Shown in pieces: positions 1 through 9,998 of a stretch of 64,000 nt of DNA. Location: positions 396,592 through 460,591 of the forward strand of contig JAMLJH010000002.1 of the NCBI GenBank assembly GCA_023953615.1, written 5' to 3'. The notes beneath the pieces were generated by a model, which was not told the origin of the DNA, searched no databases, and was given only the letters and a program-made list of their open reading frames with translations. How positions within the stretch are numbered: the first letter of the stretch is position 1; each line of letters begins with the position of its first letter. A program made the position numbers and the translations under genes. The DNA is from Verrucomicrobiia bacterium. Lineage in GTDB: Bacteria > Verrucomicrobiota > Verrucomicrobiia > Limisphaerales > JADLHS01.

Positions 1-18
1 CAGCGGCCCAGTTGGTTT

Positions 19-1272
19 TCATAGCAACAGCATGGCGTCGCCGTAACTGAAGAAGCCATAGCGCTGGCGAATGGCTTCGTCATAGGCCGCCAGAATTTTT
101 TCGCGTCCCTCCATTTTTCCCGGTGTGGCGAACGCGCTTACCAGCATCAGCAGGGTCGCACCGGGCAGGTGAAAATTGGTGATCAGCGCGTCCACCACTT
201 GGAAGTCATGAGGCGGATAGATGAAAATTTTCGTGCGACGCAGACCCGGTTGAATTTCGATCTGATCCGGCTTACGCGCTGTGCCGTCCGCGTTCACAAC
301 ACTGCTTTCCAGAGCGCGAACACTGGTGGTACCAACGGCGACGATCCGTCTGCGCTCGCGTTTGGCGCGATTGATCGCACTCGCGACGGCTGCGGAAATT
401 TCGTAACGTTCCTCGTGCATGGTGTGCGCTTCGAGCGTGTCCGCTTTCACCGGGGCGAAAGTGCCAAGACCAACGTGCAAGGTAATGAAATGAATTTCCA
501 CCCCGCGAGCGCGCAGCGCCGCCAGCAACTCCTCGGTGAAATGCAATCCCGCCGTGGGCGCCGCTACGGAGCCGGGTGGCGTCGCGAACACTGTTTGATA
601 CCGCACATCATCCAGCGCGGCTGCAGCGGCGAATGGATCCGGCGGCGCCGGGTTTGCGGCGGATGAAATTTTGGCGTCGCGAGCCGGGCGGCGGATGTAA
701 GGCGGCAATGGAATCTCGCCGAGTTCCGCCAGCTCGTTCAAGATGTTGGGCGAGCCAAAAAATTGAAGGCGACGATGTCCCTCCGAATTAGTGTCGGTAA
801 CCGTGGCGCGGATTTTTTCGGTGAGTTGGATTTCGGTCCCCACCCGCGCGCGCTTGCCGGGCTTCAGCATGGCCCACCAATCGTTCAAGGAATTTTCCTC
901 CAGCAATAAAATTTCAAACGCGCCGCCAGTCCGTGCATTGACGCCGTGCAAGCGCGCTTTGATGACGCGCGAGTTGTTTAACACCAACACGTCTCCGGGA
1001 TGCAGGTAGTCCAGCAAGTCGTGAAACGTGCGGTGCTCCAGGCGTTCGGTGTCGCGATGCAGAACCATCAGTCGGGAAGTGTCGCGTTGGGGCGCGGGGA
1101 ATTGTGCGATCAATTCTGGTGGTAAATTGAAATAAAAATCAGCCGTTCGCACGGTGGGAGAGTAATGGTGACGCGCGGAATGCCAACCGTGAATTGAGAA
1201 TTGCCTCGAGAACGTACGGAAATCTGCCACCGCACTTTGAGCGAATCGAAATTGGCTCGTTGCGAGAACCAA
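19..1272 (-). CDS. queA: S-adenosylmethionine:tRNA ribosyltransferase-isomerase (QueA)
   Basis: 417-aa ORF with FYFNLPPELIAQ, VAVGTTSVRALES and ITNFHLPGATLLMLVSAF motifs typical of QueA. The first ~40 aa look non-homologous, so the in-frame GTG at 1152 is a likelier start. Confidence 0.9.
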   Translation of the reverse strand: MVLATSQFRFAQSAVADFRTFSRQFSIHGWHSARHHYSPTVRTADFYFNLPPELIAQFPAPQRDTSRLMVLHRDTERLEHRTFHDLLDYLHPGDVLVLNNSRVIKARLHGVNARTGGAFEILLLEENSLNDWWAMLKPGKRARVGTEIQLTEKIRATVTDTNSEGHRRLQFFGSPNILNELAELGEIPLPPYIRRPARDAKISSAANPAPPDPFAAAAALDDVRYQTVFATPPGSVAAPTAGLHFTEELLAALRARGVEIHFITLHVGLGTFAPVKADTLEAHTMHEERYEISAAVASAINRAKRERRRIVAVGTTSVRALESSVVNADGTARKPDQIEIQPGLRRTKIFIYPPHDFQVVDALITNFHLPGATLLMLVSAFATPGKMEGREKILAAYDEAIRQRYGFFSYGDAMLLL

Positions 1273-1431
1273 AGATAGGAAGTTTCAACGTATTGTGGCA
1301 GCGCGAACTGCCCCACTACTGGTGGTAGTTAAAAACACGATTTTTGGTAATTCGCAGTTCTTCAAATGCCACCCAATTTTACGACAGAAATTGGCTGTGA
1401 ATAACTTTCCAAAAAATATTCGCGTTAGGTA

Positions 1432-1500
1432 TTGACTAAAAGTGTGACTCAGTGTTTAACAGTGGCATGAAGTGTAGCAATGTGTGGCAAAGTGTTGGCT
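1432..1500 (+). promoter_or_regulatory. Candidate dcw promoter (TTGACT-N17-TTTAAC) overlapped by six phased MraZ-box-like direct repeats
   Basis: AGTGT/AGTGG/TGTGT pentamers start at 1441, 1451, 1461, 1471, 1481 and 1491, an exact 10-bp period. Two copies read AAAGTGT. The array ends 20 nt upstream of the mraZ ATG. Confidence 0.6.
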
Positions 1501-1520
1501 ATTTCCTTTGGCTCTGAGTA

Positions 1521-1991
1521 ATGTCTGAGATCGCCGCCATGACTGGAGTGATTTTCAACTCCGAGTTTCGTCACGGATGTGATGAGAAGCGGCGTATTCA
1601 AATCCCGTCCGCGTGGCGCACGGAAGAAGCGAACGCGCAGTTCACACTGATTGTGTGGCCGCAACGGAAAGAGGGCACATGCTTGCGCGGGTTGCCGCCG
1701 CAGAAAATGCGGGAGCTGATGGTGGAGTTGGATGCCATACCGAACAGCAATCCCAACAAACCGATTTTGAAACGGTTGATTGGCTCGAAGTCGGTGCAGG
1801 TGGACCTGGACAAAGCGGGAAGGATTTGCGTGCCGGAAACGCTCGCGGCGGCGGCGGGACTCAAGGCGGGGGAAGAAGTGGTGTTGGTTGGTTTGCTGGA
1901 TCGTTTCGAGATTTGGGCGGCAGACCGCTACGCACTGATCAGTGCGGCGGACCACGTCCTGGCGGAAGACGCGCTTAAGTTAATGGGTTAA
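1521..1991 (+). CDS. mraZ: Division/cell wall cluster transcriptional regulator MraZ
   Basis: Two SpoVT/AbrB-like halves (DEKRRIQIPSAWR and DKAGRICVPETL...FEIW). It is the first gene of the dcw cluster. Confidence 0.85.
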   Translation: MSEIAAMTGVIFNSEFRHGCDEKRRIQIPSAWRTEEANAQFTLIVWPQRKEGTCLRGLPPQKMRELMVELDAIPNSNPNKPILKRLIGSKSVQVDLDKAGRICVPETLAAAAGLKAGEEVVLVGLLDRFEIWAADRYALISAADHVLAEDALKLMG

Positions 1992-1993
1992 AC

Positions 1994-2497
1994 ATGAAGT
2001 TTGGAAAATTATTGGCGGTCGGCAGGAGTTGGGTGGGCGAACCGGGTAGCGGACGCTATCAGATGCGGAAGGGATTTGATCTGCCCAAGTTCATTTCGCC
2101 GAAGAATCCGTTCAAGCTGGAAAAGCCGGCTGAAGTTGTGGTCGCGCGTCCGGCGGTTACCGTCACGGCGACCCGCACGACAATTGAGCCGACTCCGTTG
2201 GTGGAGTCGGGGCAGCCCGAGCCGGTTCGACTTTCCGGGAGGGAAAAGTTGCGGTCAGCCGGACTGGTGTTGTTGGGAGGGGTCAAGAAAACCGGGGCGA
2301 CGCTGGTGCGAATGATTTTGTTTTGCGTGGATCACAACCCGTTTTCATCCATCGGAAAATCCAAGCTCGCGGGCGTTCCCCGGCTGGGCCATCCGAAGGT
2401 GCAAGGCGAGTTGTCACTGGATCGGGTGAAGATGGCGCGGAACGACCTGACGCATGCGGATTTGGAAGTGGTGTCGCTGGGTGGCGGACACAAGTGA
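1994..2497 (+). CDS. Hypothetical protein inserted between mraZ and rsmH
   Basis: 167-aa ORF starting 3 nt after the mraZ stop, on the same strand. No recognisable family. Confidence 0.45.
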   Translation: MKFGKLLAVGRSWVGEPGSGRYQMRKGFDLPKFISPKNPFKLEKPAEVVVARPAVTVTATRTTIEPTPLVESGQPEPVRLSGREKLRSAGLVLLGGVKKTGATLVRMILFCVDHNPFSSIGKSKLAGVPRLGHPKVQGELSLDRVKMARNDLTHADLEVVSLGGGHK

Positions 2498-2514
2498 ATT
2501 AACCCGGATGAACC

Positions 2515-3441
2515 GTGACCGAATTCAGCCACCAGCCGGTGATGTTAGCCGAGGTGTTGCAGGCTTTGCGTCCGCAGCCAGGTCAGGATTTTGCGGATGG
2601 AACGCTGGGCGCGGGGGGACATGCGGCGGCGGTATTGGCGGCGACGGCGCCCAACGGACGGTTATGGGCTTGCGATCATGATGCGGCGGCGTTGGCAGCG
2701 GCGGCAGAACGATTGGCTGAATTTGCGGGACGGTTTGAGTTGCGGCGCGGGAATTTTGCGGAATTGAACGCCTGGGTGCCGGCGGAAAGTTGCGCCGGAG
2801 TTTTGTTGGATTTGGGAGTGAGTAGCCCGCAACTGGACACGGCGGATCGAGGGTTCAGTTTTCAGAAAGACGGTCCGCTCGATATGCGGATGGATCAGCG
2901 GCAGGCCGAGACGGCCGCCATGTGGGTGAATACGCGATCCGCCGAAGAGTTGGCGAGGATTTTCTGGGAATACGGCGATGAGAGCCGATCGCGGGCGTTG
3001 GCGCGGGCCGTGGTGCGGCAGCGGGAAACGGGGCCGTTCACGACGACGCGGCAACTGGCGGAGCTGATCGAGCGATTGGCGCCGCGCGGCGGGCGGAAGG
3101 CGCATCCGGCCACGCGAGTGTTTCAGGCGTTGCGCATTGCGGTGAATGACGAAATTGGGTCGTTGGAGCGGGGATTGGATGGCGCGTTAAAAATCCTAAA
3201 ACCCGGAGGGCGGTTGGCCGTGATTACCTTTCACAGCCTGGAGGATCGGGTTGTAAAGCAGTGGGCGCGCCGACAGGCGCGCGATTACACGTTCGAGACG
3301 GTTGATGTGCCCGCGTTGCGCCGGCCCCGGGTGCCGGTGGTGAAATTGATTACGCGCAAGGCCGTTCAGCCGGGCGCGGTGGAACAGCGCGAGAATCCGC
3401 GCAGTCGGAGCGCGCAGTTGCGGGTGGTGGAGAAAATTTAA
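2515..3441 (+). CDS. rsmH: 16S rRNA (cytosine1402-N4)-methyltransferase RsmH/MraW
   Basis: HQPVMLAEVL, DGTLGAGGHA and ITFHSLEDR motifs, in the standard dcw position. Confidence 0.93.
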   Translation: MTEFSHQPVMLAEVLQALRPQPGQDFADGTLGAGGHAAAVLAATAPNGRLWACDHDAAALAAAAERLAEFAGRFELRRGNFAELNAWVPAESCAGVLLDLGVSSPQLDTADRGFSFQKDGPLDMRMDQRQAETAAMWVNTRSAEELARIFWEYGDESRSRALARAVVRQRETGPFTTTRQLAELIERLAPRGGRKAHPATRVFQALRIAVNDEIGSLERGLDGALKILKPGGRLAVITFHSLEDRVVKQWARRQARDYTFETVDVPALRRPRVPVVKLITRKAVQPGAVEQRENPRSRSAQLRVVEKI

Positions 3442-3810
3442 ATGGCCAGAAATCGGAAAAATCAAACGGTGGCGTTGCGGTTCGGGACCGCGCTGAAGGT
3501 GGCGGCCTTTTGCGCCTTCGCGGGCGCGGCGGCGGTGGGGTACGTCTGGCAGAAGAACCAGATTGATGTGCTGGGGCGGCAGATCAAGCAGCGCGAAATT
3601 CGCCTGGTCGAGCTGCGGGATCAAAACAAGAAACTGCGGGATCAACTGGCCATGCTGCAATCGCCCGGACAATTGGGGTTGAAATTGCAGCAACTGAATT
3701 TGGGTTTGGTACAGCCACACCCCGGTGACGTGTGGAAAGTAGCCGAACCTGTGGAGATTGCTGCCGGAGATTATTCGGCGGCGACGGCGCCCCAAGTGGC
3801 GAAACATTGA
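3442..3810 (+). CDS. ftsL: FtsL-like cell division protein
   Basis: 122 aa with one N-terminal TM segment followed by a coiled-coil/leucine-rich stretch. The start abuts the rsmH stop, and it occupies the dcw slot between rsmH and ftsI. Confidence 0.6.
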   Translation: MARNRKNQTVALRFGTALKVAAFCAFAGAAAVGYVWQKNQIDVLGRQIKQREIRLVELRDQNKKLRDQLAMLQSPGQLGLKLQQLNLGLVQPHPGDVWKVAEPVEIAAGDYSAATAPQVAKH

Positions 3811-3969
3811 TTTTTTGCCGCCGCCCGGGCTGCGGTCGTGAGGAACCGACTGCCCCGGGTGGCGCGCAAAATAAGACGGGTCGGGGCACGGAGTGAAGGG
3901 GCGACTGAACGGGAGCGGAGAACAATCCGTTGGCTGCGCAGCGGCGCCAACGAACAGTAGAGATTTTCG

Positions 3970-5886
3970 ATGGAAAAGAAACTGCAACACTATCGGTTCG
4001 TGTTGATGGGCGCATTGCTTGTCGGCGCGTTCGCCTTGTTGGCGATTCGATTGGTGGATCTGCAAGTGTGGCGGCACGATGAGTTGTCCAAACTGGCGCA
4101 ACAAAACACCGTTCGCCGGGTGCGGATTCCCGCGCGGCGCGGCGACATCTTGGACGTCAACGGCACGCTTTTGGCCTCGAGCCTCAAGGTAAAGAACATC
4201 TGCGCCAATCCGTCGTTGATCGGGAACTTACAGGCGGAGGTGGCGCGCGCCATTGCCCCGGTGCTCGGGGTGGACGAAGCCCAGCTTTACCAAAAACTGC
4301 TCGCCACCAACCGGATCAACCAGGCGGGTAAAGTAGTACCGCGCCTTTACGTGCCGGTGGCGCAACGGGTGCCCGTCGAGAAGTGGGAGCAAGTCAAGAA
4401 AATCATGGCGGCGTTTCCCGTGCCGGAGCTGGATCAAAAGCGGCATCGCACCCGTTCGGAAAAATTGTTTCTGCAAGGATTGCGCCAGCGCGCGATCGCG
4501 GTTGACGGCCCGGACGATCAGATACGCCAGTATCCGCAAGGCAGCCTGGCGTCTCATGTGCTTGGATTTGTCGGTCGCAATGGCGACACCAATTCCATTG
4601 ATTTCGGGCAATTGCTGGGCGTGGAAGGTATCGAACGAACCTTTAACAAAAAACTGGCGGGGGCCTCAGGTTGGCGGATGATTGAACGCGATCGGCGCGG
4701 CGATGAAATGGTGGCCTGGCGCGATCAAGACGTGCCGGCGCGAGATGGTTTCAACGTCGTGCTGACCATTGACGCCGTGGTGCAGAACATTTTGGAGGGA
4801 GCGCTGCGGGAGGGATTGGCCAACACGGAGGCGGTGAACATTACCGGTATTGTGATGCGGCCGCGCACGGGTGAAATTTTGGGCCTGGCCAGTTTGCCAG
4901 ACTTCAATCCCAACCAGGTGCCGCGCGATCCCGAGTTGCGCCGTAATCGGGTGATCAGCGACGTGTACGAGCCGGGTTCAACCTTCAAAGTCGTGCCGGT
5001 GTCCGGAGCGTTGCAAGACGCCCTGATCACGTTGGACACCCCGATTGATTGCGAGAAAGGCGCGTTCAGGTATGCCGGGAAAACGCTGCATGATGCGCAC
5101 GGAGGGTACGGATTACTGGCCGCCCGGAATGTAATCACCAAATCGTCAAACATCGGCGCCGCCAAGATCGGCCTGATCCTTGGCGAACAACGGCTCTTCA
5201 GTTACGTGACCGATTTTGGATTTGGCTGGCCGTCCGGCATTGCGCTGCCCGCCGAGGCGCGCGGTATTGTTCGTCCGACGCAGGATTGGAGCAAAGTTTC
5301 CATCGTTCAATTGCCGATGGGGCACGGTGTGGCGGTGACACGCTTGCAAATGACGATGGCCATGGCGGCCCTGGCCAACGACGGTTGGTTGATGCACCCC
5401 ATGATCGTGAACCGGTTACAGGACAATACCGGCAAGTTGATCACCCAATTTGAGCCGCAACGCGTTCGTCAAGTGGTTGGCGAAACCGCCGCCCGACAAA
5501 TGGTGGAAGCCTTGAAGACGGTGGTGCAACCGGGCGGGACCGCGGTGCGCGCGGCGCTGACCAATTACACTGTCGCCGGCAAAACCGGCACCGCGCAAAA
5601 ACCGGGGCGGGGCGGTTACCTGGCCGGTAAATACATTGCCTCCTTCATTGGCTTTTTCCCGGCGGACCATCCAGAGGTTTGCATTTCCATTGTCCTGGAC
5701 GAACCGAAGAACGGTTACTACGGCGGAGTCGTCGCGGCGCCGGTTTTCAAACAAGTCGCCAGTGCGGTGGCCGGGTATTTACACGTGCAACCGGACATCG
5801 AATCGGTCTCAACCAATTCCACGATTTCGCATTTGAATCCTGAACCGGCCCGGGCCTCGGGTCGGCTGACGTTAAATGGAAACTAA
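3970..5886 (+). CDS. ftsI: Penicillin-binding protein (FtsI/PBP3-type transpeptidase)
   Basis: N-terminal TM segment and the STFK, SSN and KTGT active-site motifs in the correct order. Confidence 0.92.
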   Translation: MEKKLQHYRFVLMGALLVGAFALLAIRLVDLQVWRHDELSKLAQQNTVRRVRIPARRGDILDVNGTLLASSLKVKNICANPSLIGNLQAEVARAIAPVLGVDEAQLYQKLLATNRINQAGKVVPRLYVPVAQRVPVEKWEQVKKIMAAFPVPELDQKRHRTRSEKLFLQGLRQRAIAVDGPDDQIRQYPQGSLASHVLGFVGRNGDTNSIDFGQLLGVEGIERTFNKKLAGASGWRMIERDRRGDEMVAWRDQDVPARDGFNVVLTIDAVVQNILEGALREGLANTEAVNITGIVMRPRTGEILGLASLPDFNPNQVPRDPELRRNRVISDVYEPGSTFKVVPVSGALQDALITLDTPIDCEKGAFRYAGKTLHDAHGGYGLLAARNVITKSSNIGAAKIGLILGEQRLFSYVTDFGFGWPSGIALPAEARGIVRPTQDWSKVSIVQLPMGHGVAVTRLQMTMAMAALANDGWLMHPMIVNRLQDNTGKLITQFEPQRVRQVVGETAARQMVEALKTVVQPGGTAVRAALTNYTVAGKTGTAQKPGRGGYLAGKYIASFIGFFPADHPEVCISIVLDEPKNGYYGGVVAAPVFKQVASAVAGYLHVQPDIESVSTNSTISHLNPEPARASGRLTLNGN

Positions 5887-6155
5887 AACCACATGAGAAT
5901 ATGAATCCAAACAGTATCTCCCATCGGTTGTTTGCCGCGGCGTTAAGTCAGGTGCCCGCCGGGGTCGCGAAAGGGGCGGAGCGGAGCCCGGATGCCGCGC
6001 GGCGGAAGGAAGTGGTCCGTCGCGAATTGCCGGCTCCCGAGGTGGCGGCGGCAAAATCCGCGGACTGGTCCTGGAGCGGTTGGCAGCATCCGATGCTGTG
6101 ACGTCGGGTGGCTCGCCGCAGCGGACCGGCGCAGCGGATGAATTCGGGGTGAAGA

Positions 6156-7553
6156 ATGGAAATGGAAACGGTGGGATTTGTGATGGCAGCGTGTGCGGGC
6201 GAATTGATTCGAGGTTCGCCGGCGGCGACGTTTTCGCGGATCAACACGGACTCCCGGAGCGCGCAGGCCGGGGACCTGTTCATTGCGCTGAAAGGGGAAC
6301 ATTTTGACGGACATAATTACCTTAACGAAGTGGTGCAAAAAGGCGCGGCGGCGGTCCTCGTCGAAAGCGGGCAAGGGACGCCGACGCTGCCGGATTGTGT
6401 GGTGATTCAAGTCGCGAATACGCGACAAGCTTATGGACAAATCGGTATGGCATATCGGAAAAAATTTTCGCTCCCGGTGATTGCGGTGGGCGGTTCAAAC
6501 GGCAAAACGACGACCAAGGAATTGATCGCCGCGGTGTTGCGGCAGCGACTCCACACGCTGTGGAGCGAGGCGAGTTTTAACAATGACATTGGGGTGCCGG
6601 CCACTTTGTTGCGACTGGATCGGGCGCATCAAGTGGCGATTTTGGAAGTCGGCACCAACCATCCGGGCGAGTTGGCCGGCCTGGTGGAATTGGTGAAACC
6701 GCGCTATGGCGTCATCACCAACATTGGTCGCGAACACCTGGAATTTTTCGGAAACCTCGCGGGAGTGGCGGAGGAGGAAGGCGCTCTGGCCGAAGCGCTG
6801 CCTGCCGATGGCCGATTGTTTTTGAATGGCGATGATGAATGGAGCGCCGCACTGATCCGCCGCACGAGAGCGGCGATCACGCGGGTGGGGGCCGGGCCGG
6901 ATTGTGATTGGCGCGTCAGCGCGGTGAAATTCGAATCCGACGGAACCAGTTTTACGGTGACGGCGCCCGAACCGCAGTTCAGCGGCTCGTATCGCATTGG
7001 TCTGTTGGGCCGCCACCAGGTGAGTAACGCGCTGTTCGCCATCGCGCTCGGCGCCGAGTTTGGTTTGAGCTGCGCCGAAATCGCGCGCGGACTGGCCGAT
7101 TGTGTTCCCGCGAAAATGCGTTTGCAACGCTACGAGGCGGGCGGCGTGCAGGTGCTTGATGACGCTTACAATGCGAACGCGGATTCGATGATCGCCGCGT
7201 TACGCGTGTTGCAGGAATTGCCTTGTGCCGGGCGGCGGGTGGCCGTTTTGGGCGACATGGCGGAGCTGGGCGTGGAGCGGGAGAACGCCCACGCGGAGGT
7301 GGGTCGTTACGCGGCGGAACTGGGCGTGGAACAGTTGATTGCCGTCGGCGAAATGGCGGGCGTGATGGGACAGGCCGCGCGGCACGCGGGTTTGGGCCGC
7401 GTGATCGAGCTGGCGAATGTCGAAGCCGCCGCTGCCGCCATCAAATCATTTTTGAAACCGGGCGATACGGTGTTGTTGAAAGCCTCGCGGAGCACGCGGT
7501 TGGAACGGATTGCGCAAGCGCTCAAAGCGAGTGAGAGCGCGAAACGGAATTAG
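6156..7553 (+). CDS. murF: UDP-N-acetylmuramoyl-tripeptide--D-alanyl-D-alanine ligase MurF
   Basis: INTDSR..AGDLFIALKGEHFDGH followed by the GSNGKTTTKE P-loop, and MurF-like length (465 aa). Confidence 0.9.
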   Translation: MEMETVGFVMAACAGELIRGSPAATFSRINTDSRSAQAGDLFIALKGEHFDGHNYLNEVVQKGAAAVLVESGQGTPTLPDCVVIQVANTRQAYGQIGMAYRKKFSLPVIAVGGSNGKTTTKELIAAVLRQRLHTLWSEASFNNDIGVPATLLRLDRAHQVAILEVGTNHPGELAGLVELVKPRYGVITNIGREHLEFFGNLAGVAEEEGALAEALPADGRLFLNGDDEWSAALIRRTRAAITRVGAGPDCDWRVSAVKFESDGTSFTVTAPEPQFSGSYRIGLLGRHQVSNALFAIALGAEFGLSCAEIARGLADCVPAKMRLQRYEAGGVQVLDDAYNANADSMIAALRVLQELPCAGRRVAVLGDMAELGVERENAHAEVGRYAAELGVEQLIAVGEMAGVMGQAARHAGLGRVIELANVEAAAAAIKSFLKPGDTVLLKASRSTRLERIAQALKASESAKRN

Positions 7554-7630
7554 ACCTCCTCGACGGTGATCGGGGCGGGAGTGACCGAAGGCCGGGCGGC
7601 GCTTCGGGGCGGGCATAGGATCGAAACCCA

Positions 7631-8815
7631 ATGTTGTTTTACCTCAGTCAAGCCATTATGAACTGGGCCGAAGGCACGGACTACGCCTCGAGCGTGTCCT
7701 TCCTGCGGTTGTTCCGGTACATCACGTTCCGCAGCGCGGGGGCGGCGGTGACGGCGCTCTTGCTGAGTTGGTGGCTGGGACCCAAAGTGATCGCGCGCTT
7801 GAAACAATTGAAGTTCGGCCAGGAATACAAGGATCTGGCCGATCAATCCGGCGCGTTTGAAACGCGGGTGTTGAGCAAGAAAGGGACGCCCACGATGGGC
7901 GGCATCCTGATTGTGTTGGTTTTGAATCTGACCGCGATTTTGTGGGCGCAGATGAATCCGCTGCTGGAATTGACCTTGTTGACCGTGTTGGTGTTGGCGG
8001 GCCTGGGATTCTATGACGATTACGCAAAAATCCTGAAACAACAAGGTGGCGGCGCGCCCCCGCGGGTGAAGTTGTGGGTGCAGTTTGCCGTGGCGGTCTT
8101 TGTGGCGGTGTATTTATGGAAACTACCGCAGGATAGCTGGCTGCGTTTCACCGAGACGCAGACGCCGGAGCATCATAATCTGGTCAGCACCCTGATGTTG
8201 CCGTTTTACAAATATCCGATTCCGTGCGGAGCGGTCATTGGTTTGCTGCTCGTAACGCTGACGATCGTGGGCAGTTCGAATGCGGTGAATCTGACCGATG
8301 GCCTGGATGGTCTGGCAATCGGTTGCACGCTGATCACCACGATTGTGTTTTTGGTGCTCACCTATCTGGCGAGCAATTTCAAATACGCCACCTACCTGCA
8401 AATCCCCTACGTGGATGGGGCCGGGGAACTGACGGTTTTTTGCGCGACGCTGCTCGGGGCGGGGATGGGGTTTTTATGGTTCAACTGTCATCCCGCTCAA
8501 GTGTTCATGGGCGACACGGGATCGCTGGCGTTGGGCGGGGCGTTGGGGTTGGTGGCGGTTTTGATTCATCAACCATTTTTGCTCGTCATCGCTGGTGGCG
8601 TGTTCGTCATGGAAGCGGGATCGGTCATCATCCAGAAGAGTTGGTTCAAGTACACGCGCCGGCGGCACGGGGTTGGACAAAGGGTTTTTTTGATGGCCCC
8701 GATTCATCACCATTTCGAGAAGAAGGGCTGGTATGAATCCCAGGTCGTCACGCGATTTTACATTTTATGCGTGCTGTTTGCGGTCGTCGCTTTGAGCACC
8801 TTGAAAATCCGATGA
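7631..8815 (+). CDS. mraY: Phospho-N-acetylmuramoyl-pentapeptide transferase MraY
   Basis: Polytopic membrane protein with NAVNLTDGLDGLA and GDTGSLALGG motifs. Confidence 0.95.
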   Translation: MLFYLSQAIMNWAEGTDYASSVSFLRLFRYITFRSAGAAVTALLLSWWLGPKVIARLKQLKFGQEYKDLADQSGAFETRVLSKKGTPTMGGILIVLVLNLTAILWAQMNPLLELTLLTVLVLAGLGFYDDYAKILKQQGGGAPPRVKLWVQFAVAVFVAVYLWKLPQDSWLRFTETQTPEHHNLVSTLMLPFYKYPIPCGAVIGLLLVTLTIVGSSNAVNLTDGLDGLAIGCTLITTIVFLVLTYLASNFKYATYLQIPYVDGAGELTVFCATLLGAGMGFLWFNCHPAQVFMGDTGSLALGGALGLVAVLIHQPFLLVIAGGVFVMEAGSVIIQKSWFKYTRRRHGVGQRVFLMAPIHHHFEKKGWYESQVVTRFYILCVLFAVVALSTLKIR

Positions 8816-9212
8816 AGCCGTCCCAGCAACAATCAACGTGGTTCAGTTGGAACAGACGCGTTCAAAACGAGCTTTCCTGCTTGCGGCGACGGGCTGGCGT
8901 TGTTAAAAAATTCAGCGAAACGGCGCCGTTTTCCGAGCGAAGGTTGAAGGAGACGATTACCGGTTTTGTGATGGTTCCACTTCGAGAATTTTTCGCGATG
9001 TTAAATTATTGCGCAAATCCATACGAAGTGGGACAAATCAATTAGTGGTGGTGCGTTGAAACCGCACCACAACATGCACGACAAATTGGAAGGTGGGTTG
9101 GTGCGAGCCGACCCGTTTGACGGAAGCACGGAAATGAATTTGTTGTCGCTCTTGTTGAGGCGGGAGTGGACAACTGAAAATTAACCAAATTAAACCTCAA
9201 TGAAAGGACGCG

Positions 9213-9950
9213 ATGCGCGCCAAGAAAATGAATAATGTCAGCCCCCTGATTCCCCAAGGCTCCAATCTGGAGCAACAAAACCAAGCCCGAGCCAGTCTCA
9301 AAACCAAAATCTTTTGCGCCCTGGGCGTGAATGTCGCCGTGTTGCTCGGGTTGTTGTTGATGCCGGGATGCAAACGCGAAACACCACCGCCACCGGTGGA
9401 TAATAACATGGACGATTTTTACAACACCGGAGTGTACACCGAAAGCAATCCGCCGGTGACCGAGGTGGAATCGAACTGGCAACCGGAACTGGTTGGCAGT
9501 AATGCCGCGCCCGCGCTGACTCCGCAAACCGAGACCGGGACAACGTCTTTCCCCGTCGTGGAACCCACGACCCTGCCAACGCCGCCGCCGCTACCGGAGG
9601 CGGGCACTTCCGAATACGTCGTGAAAAAAGGAGATACGTTTTCCTCCATCGCGCCCAAGTTCCACATCACCACGAAGGCGTTGCAGGAAGCGAACCCGAA
9701 CGTCGAGCCGACGAAGCTGCAGATCAATCAGAAGCTGGTGATTCCGGTGCCGGCCGCCGTGCCGTCGCCCACAACCGCAGCGGCTCCAGCGGCGGATGGG
9801 ATGAGAATTCATGAGGTTAAATCGGGAGATAGTTTGAGCGCCTTGGCGAGCACGTACCATACGACGGTCAAGGCCATCCAAGCCGCCAACGGTTTGAAAA
9901 ATTCGACGATCAAGGTGGGGCAAAAATTGAAAATTCCTGCCAGTAACTAG
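9213..9950 (+). CDS. Membrane-anchored protein with two C-terminal LysM domains
   Basis: N-terminal TM/lipobox-like segment (LLMPGC), a Pro/Thr-rich linker, then two LysM repeats (YVVKKGDTFSSIA..., HEVKSGDSLSALA...). It sits where murD normally lies. Confidence 0.8.
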   Translation: MRAKKMNNVSPLIPQGSNLEQQNQARASLKTKIFCALGVNVAVLLGLLLMPGCKRETPPPPVDNNMDDFYNTGVYTESNPPVTEVESNWQPELVGSNAAPALTPQTETGTTSFPVVEPTTLPTPPPLPEAGTSEYVVKKGDTFSSIAPKFHITTKALQEANPNVEPTKLQINQKLVIPVPAAVPSPTTAAAPAADGMRIHEVKSGDSLSALASTYHTTVKAIQAANGLKNSTIKVGQKLKIPASN

Positions 9951-9998
9951 GTGGGCCGTTGTGAGGGCGGCCTCCACGTCAGGGTCGCCCGGAATAAG

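Noticed and set aside
3196-4104. Long ORFs antisense or out of frame to confidently assigned genes. Examples: 3196-4104(-), 10089-10952(-), 18905-19840(+), 20097-20894(-), 26987-27703(-), 30088-31395(-), 32619-33521(-), 34798-35778(-), 40948-42057(+), 45662-46669(+), 51310-52344(-), 54992-55699(-) and 62090-63433(-).
   Set aside because: Each lies fully inside a gene with strong family motifs on the other strand or frame. Their translations are Arg/Pro/Gly/His-rich low-complexity strings, typical of shadow ORFs in GC-rich DNA.
5901-6101. 66-aa ORF in the ftsI-murF gap, considered as a possible murE remnant.
   Set aside because: No resemblance to the MurE N-terminus or any Mur ligase motif. 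It is too short and Ala/Arg-rich, so it is treated as spacer.
8767-9045. 92-aa ORF overlapping the mraY end and extending into the mraY/LysM gap, considered as a possible murD relic or small gene.
   Set aside because: No Mur ligase motifs and no convincing start or RBS. The gap does contain an 8-bp hairpin (gtggtgcg...cgcaccac, about 9045-9068), but that alone does not support a feature.
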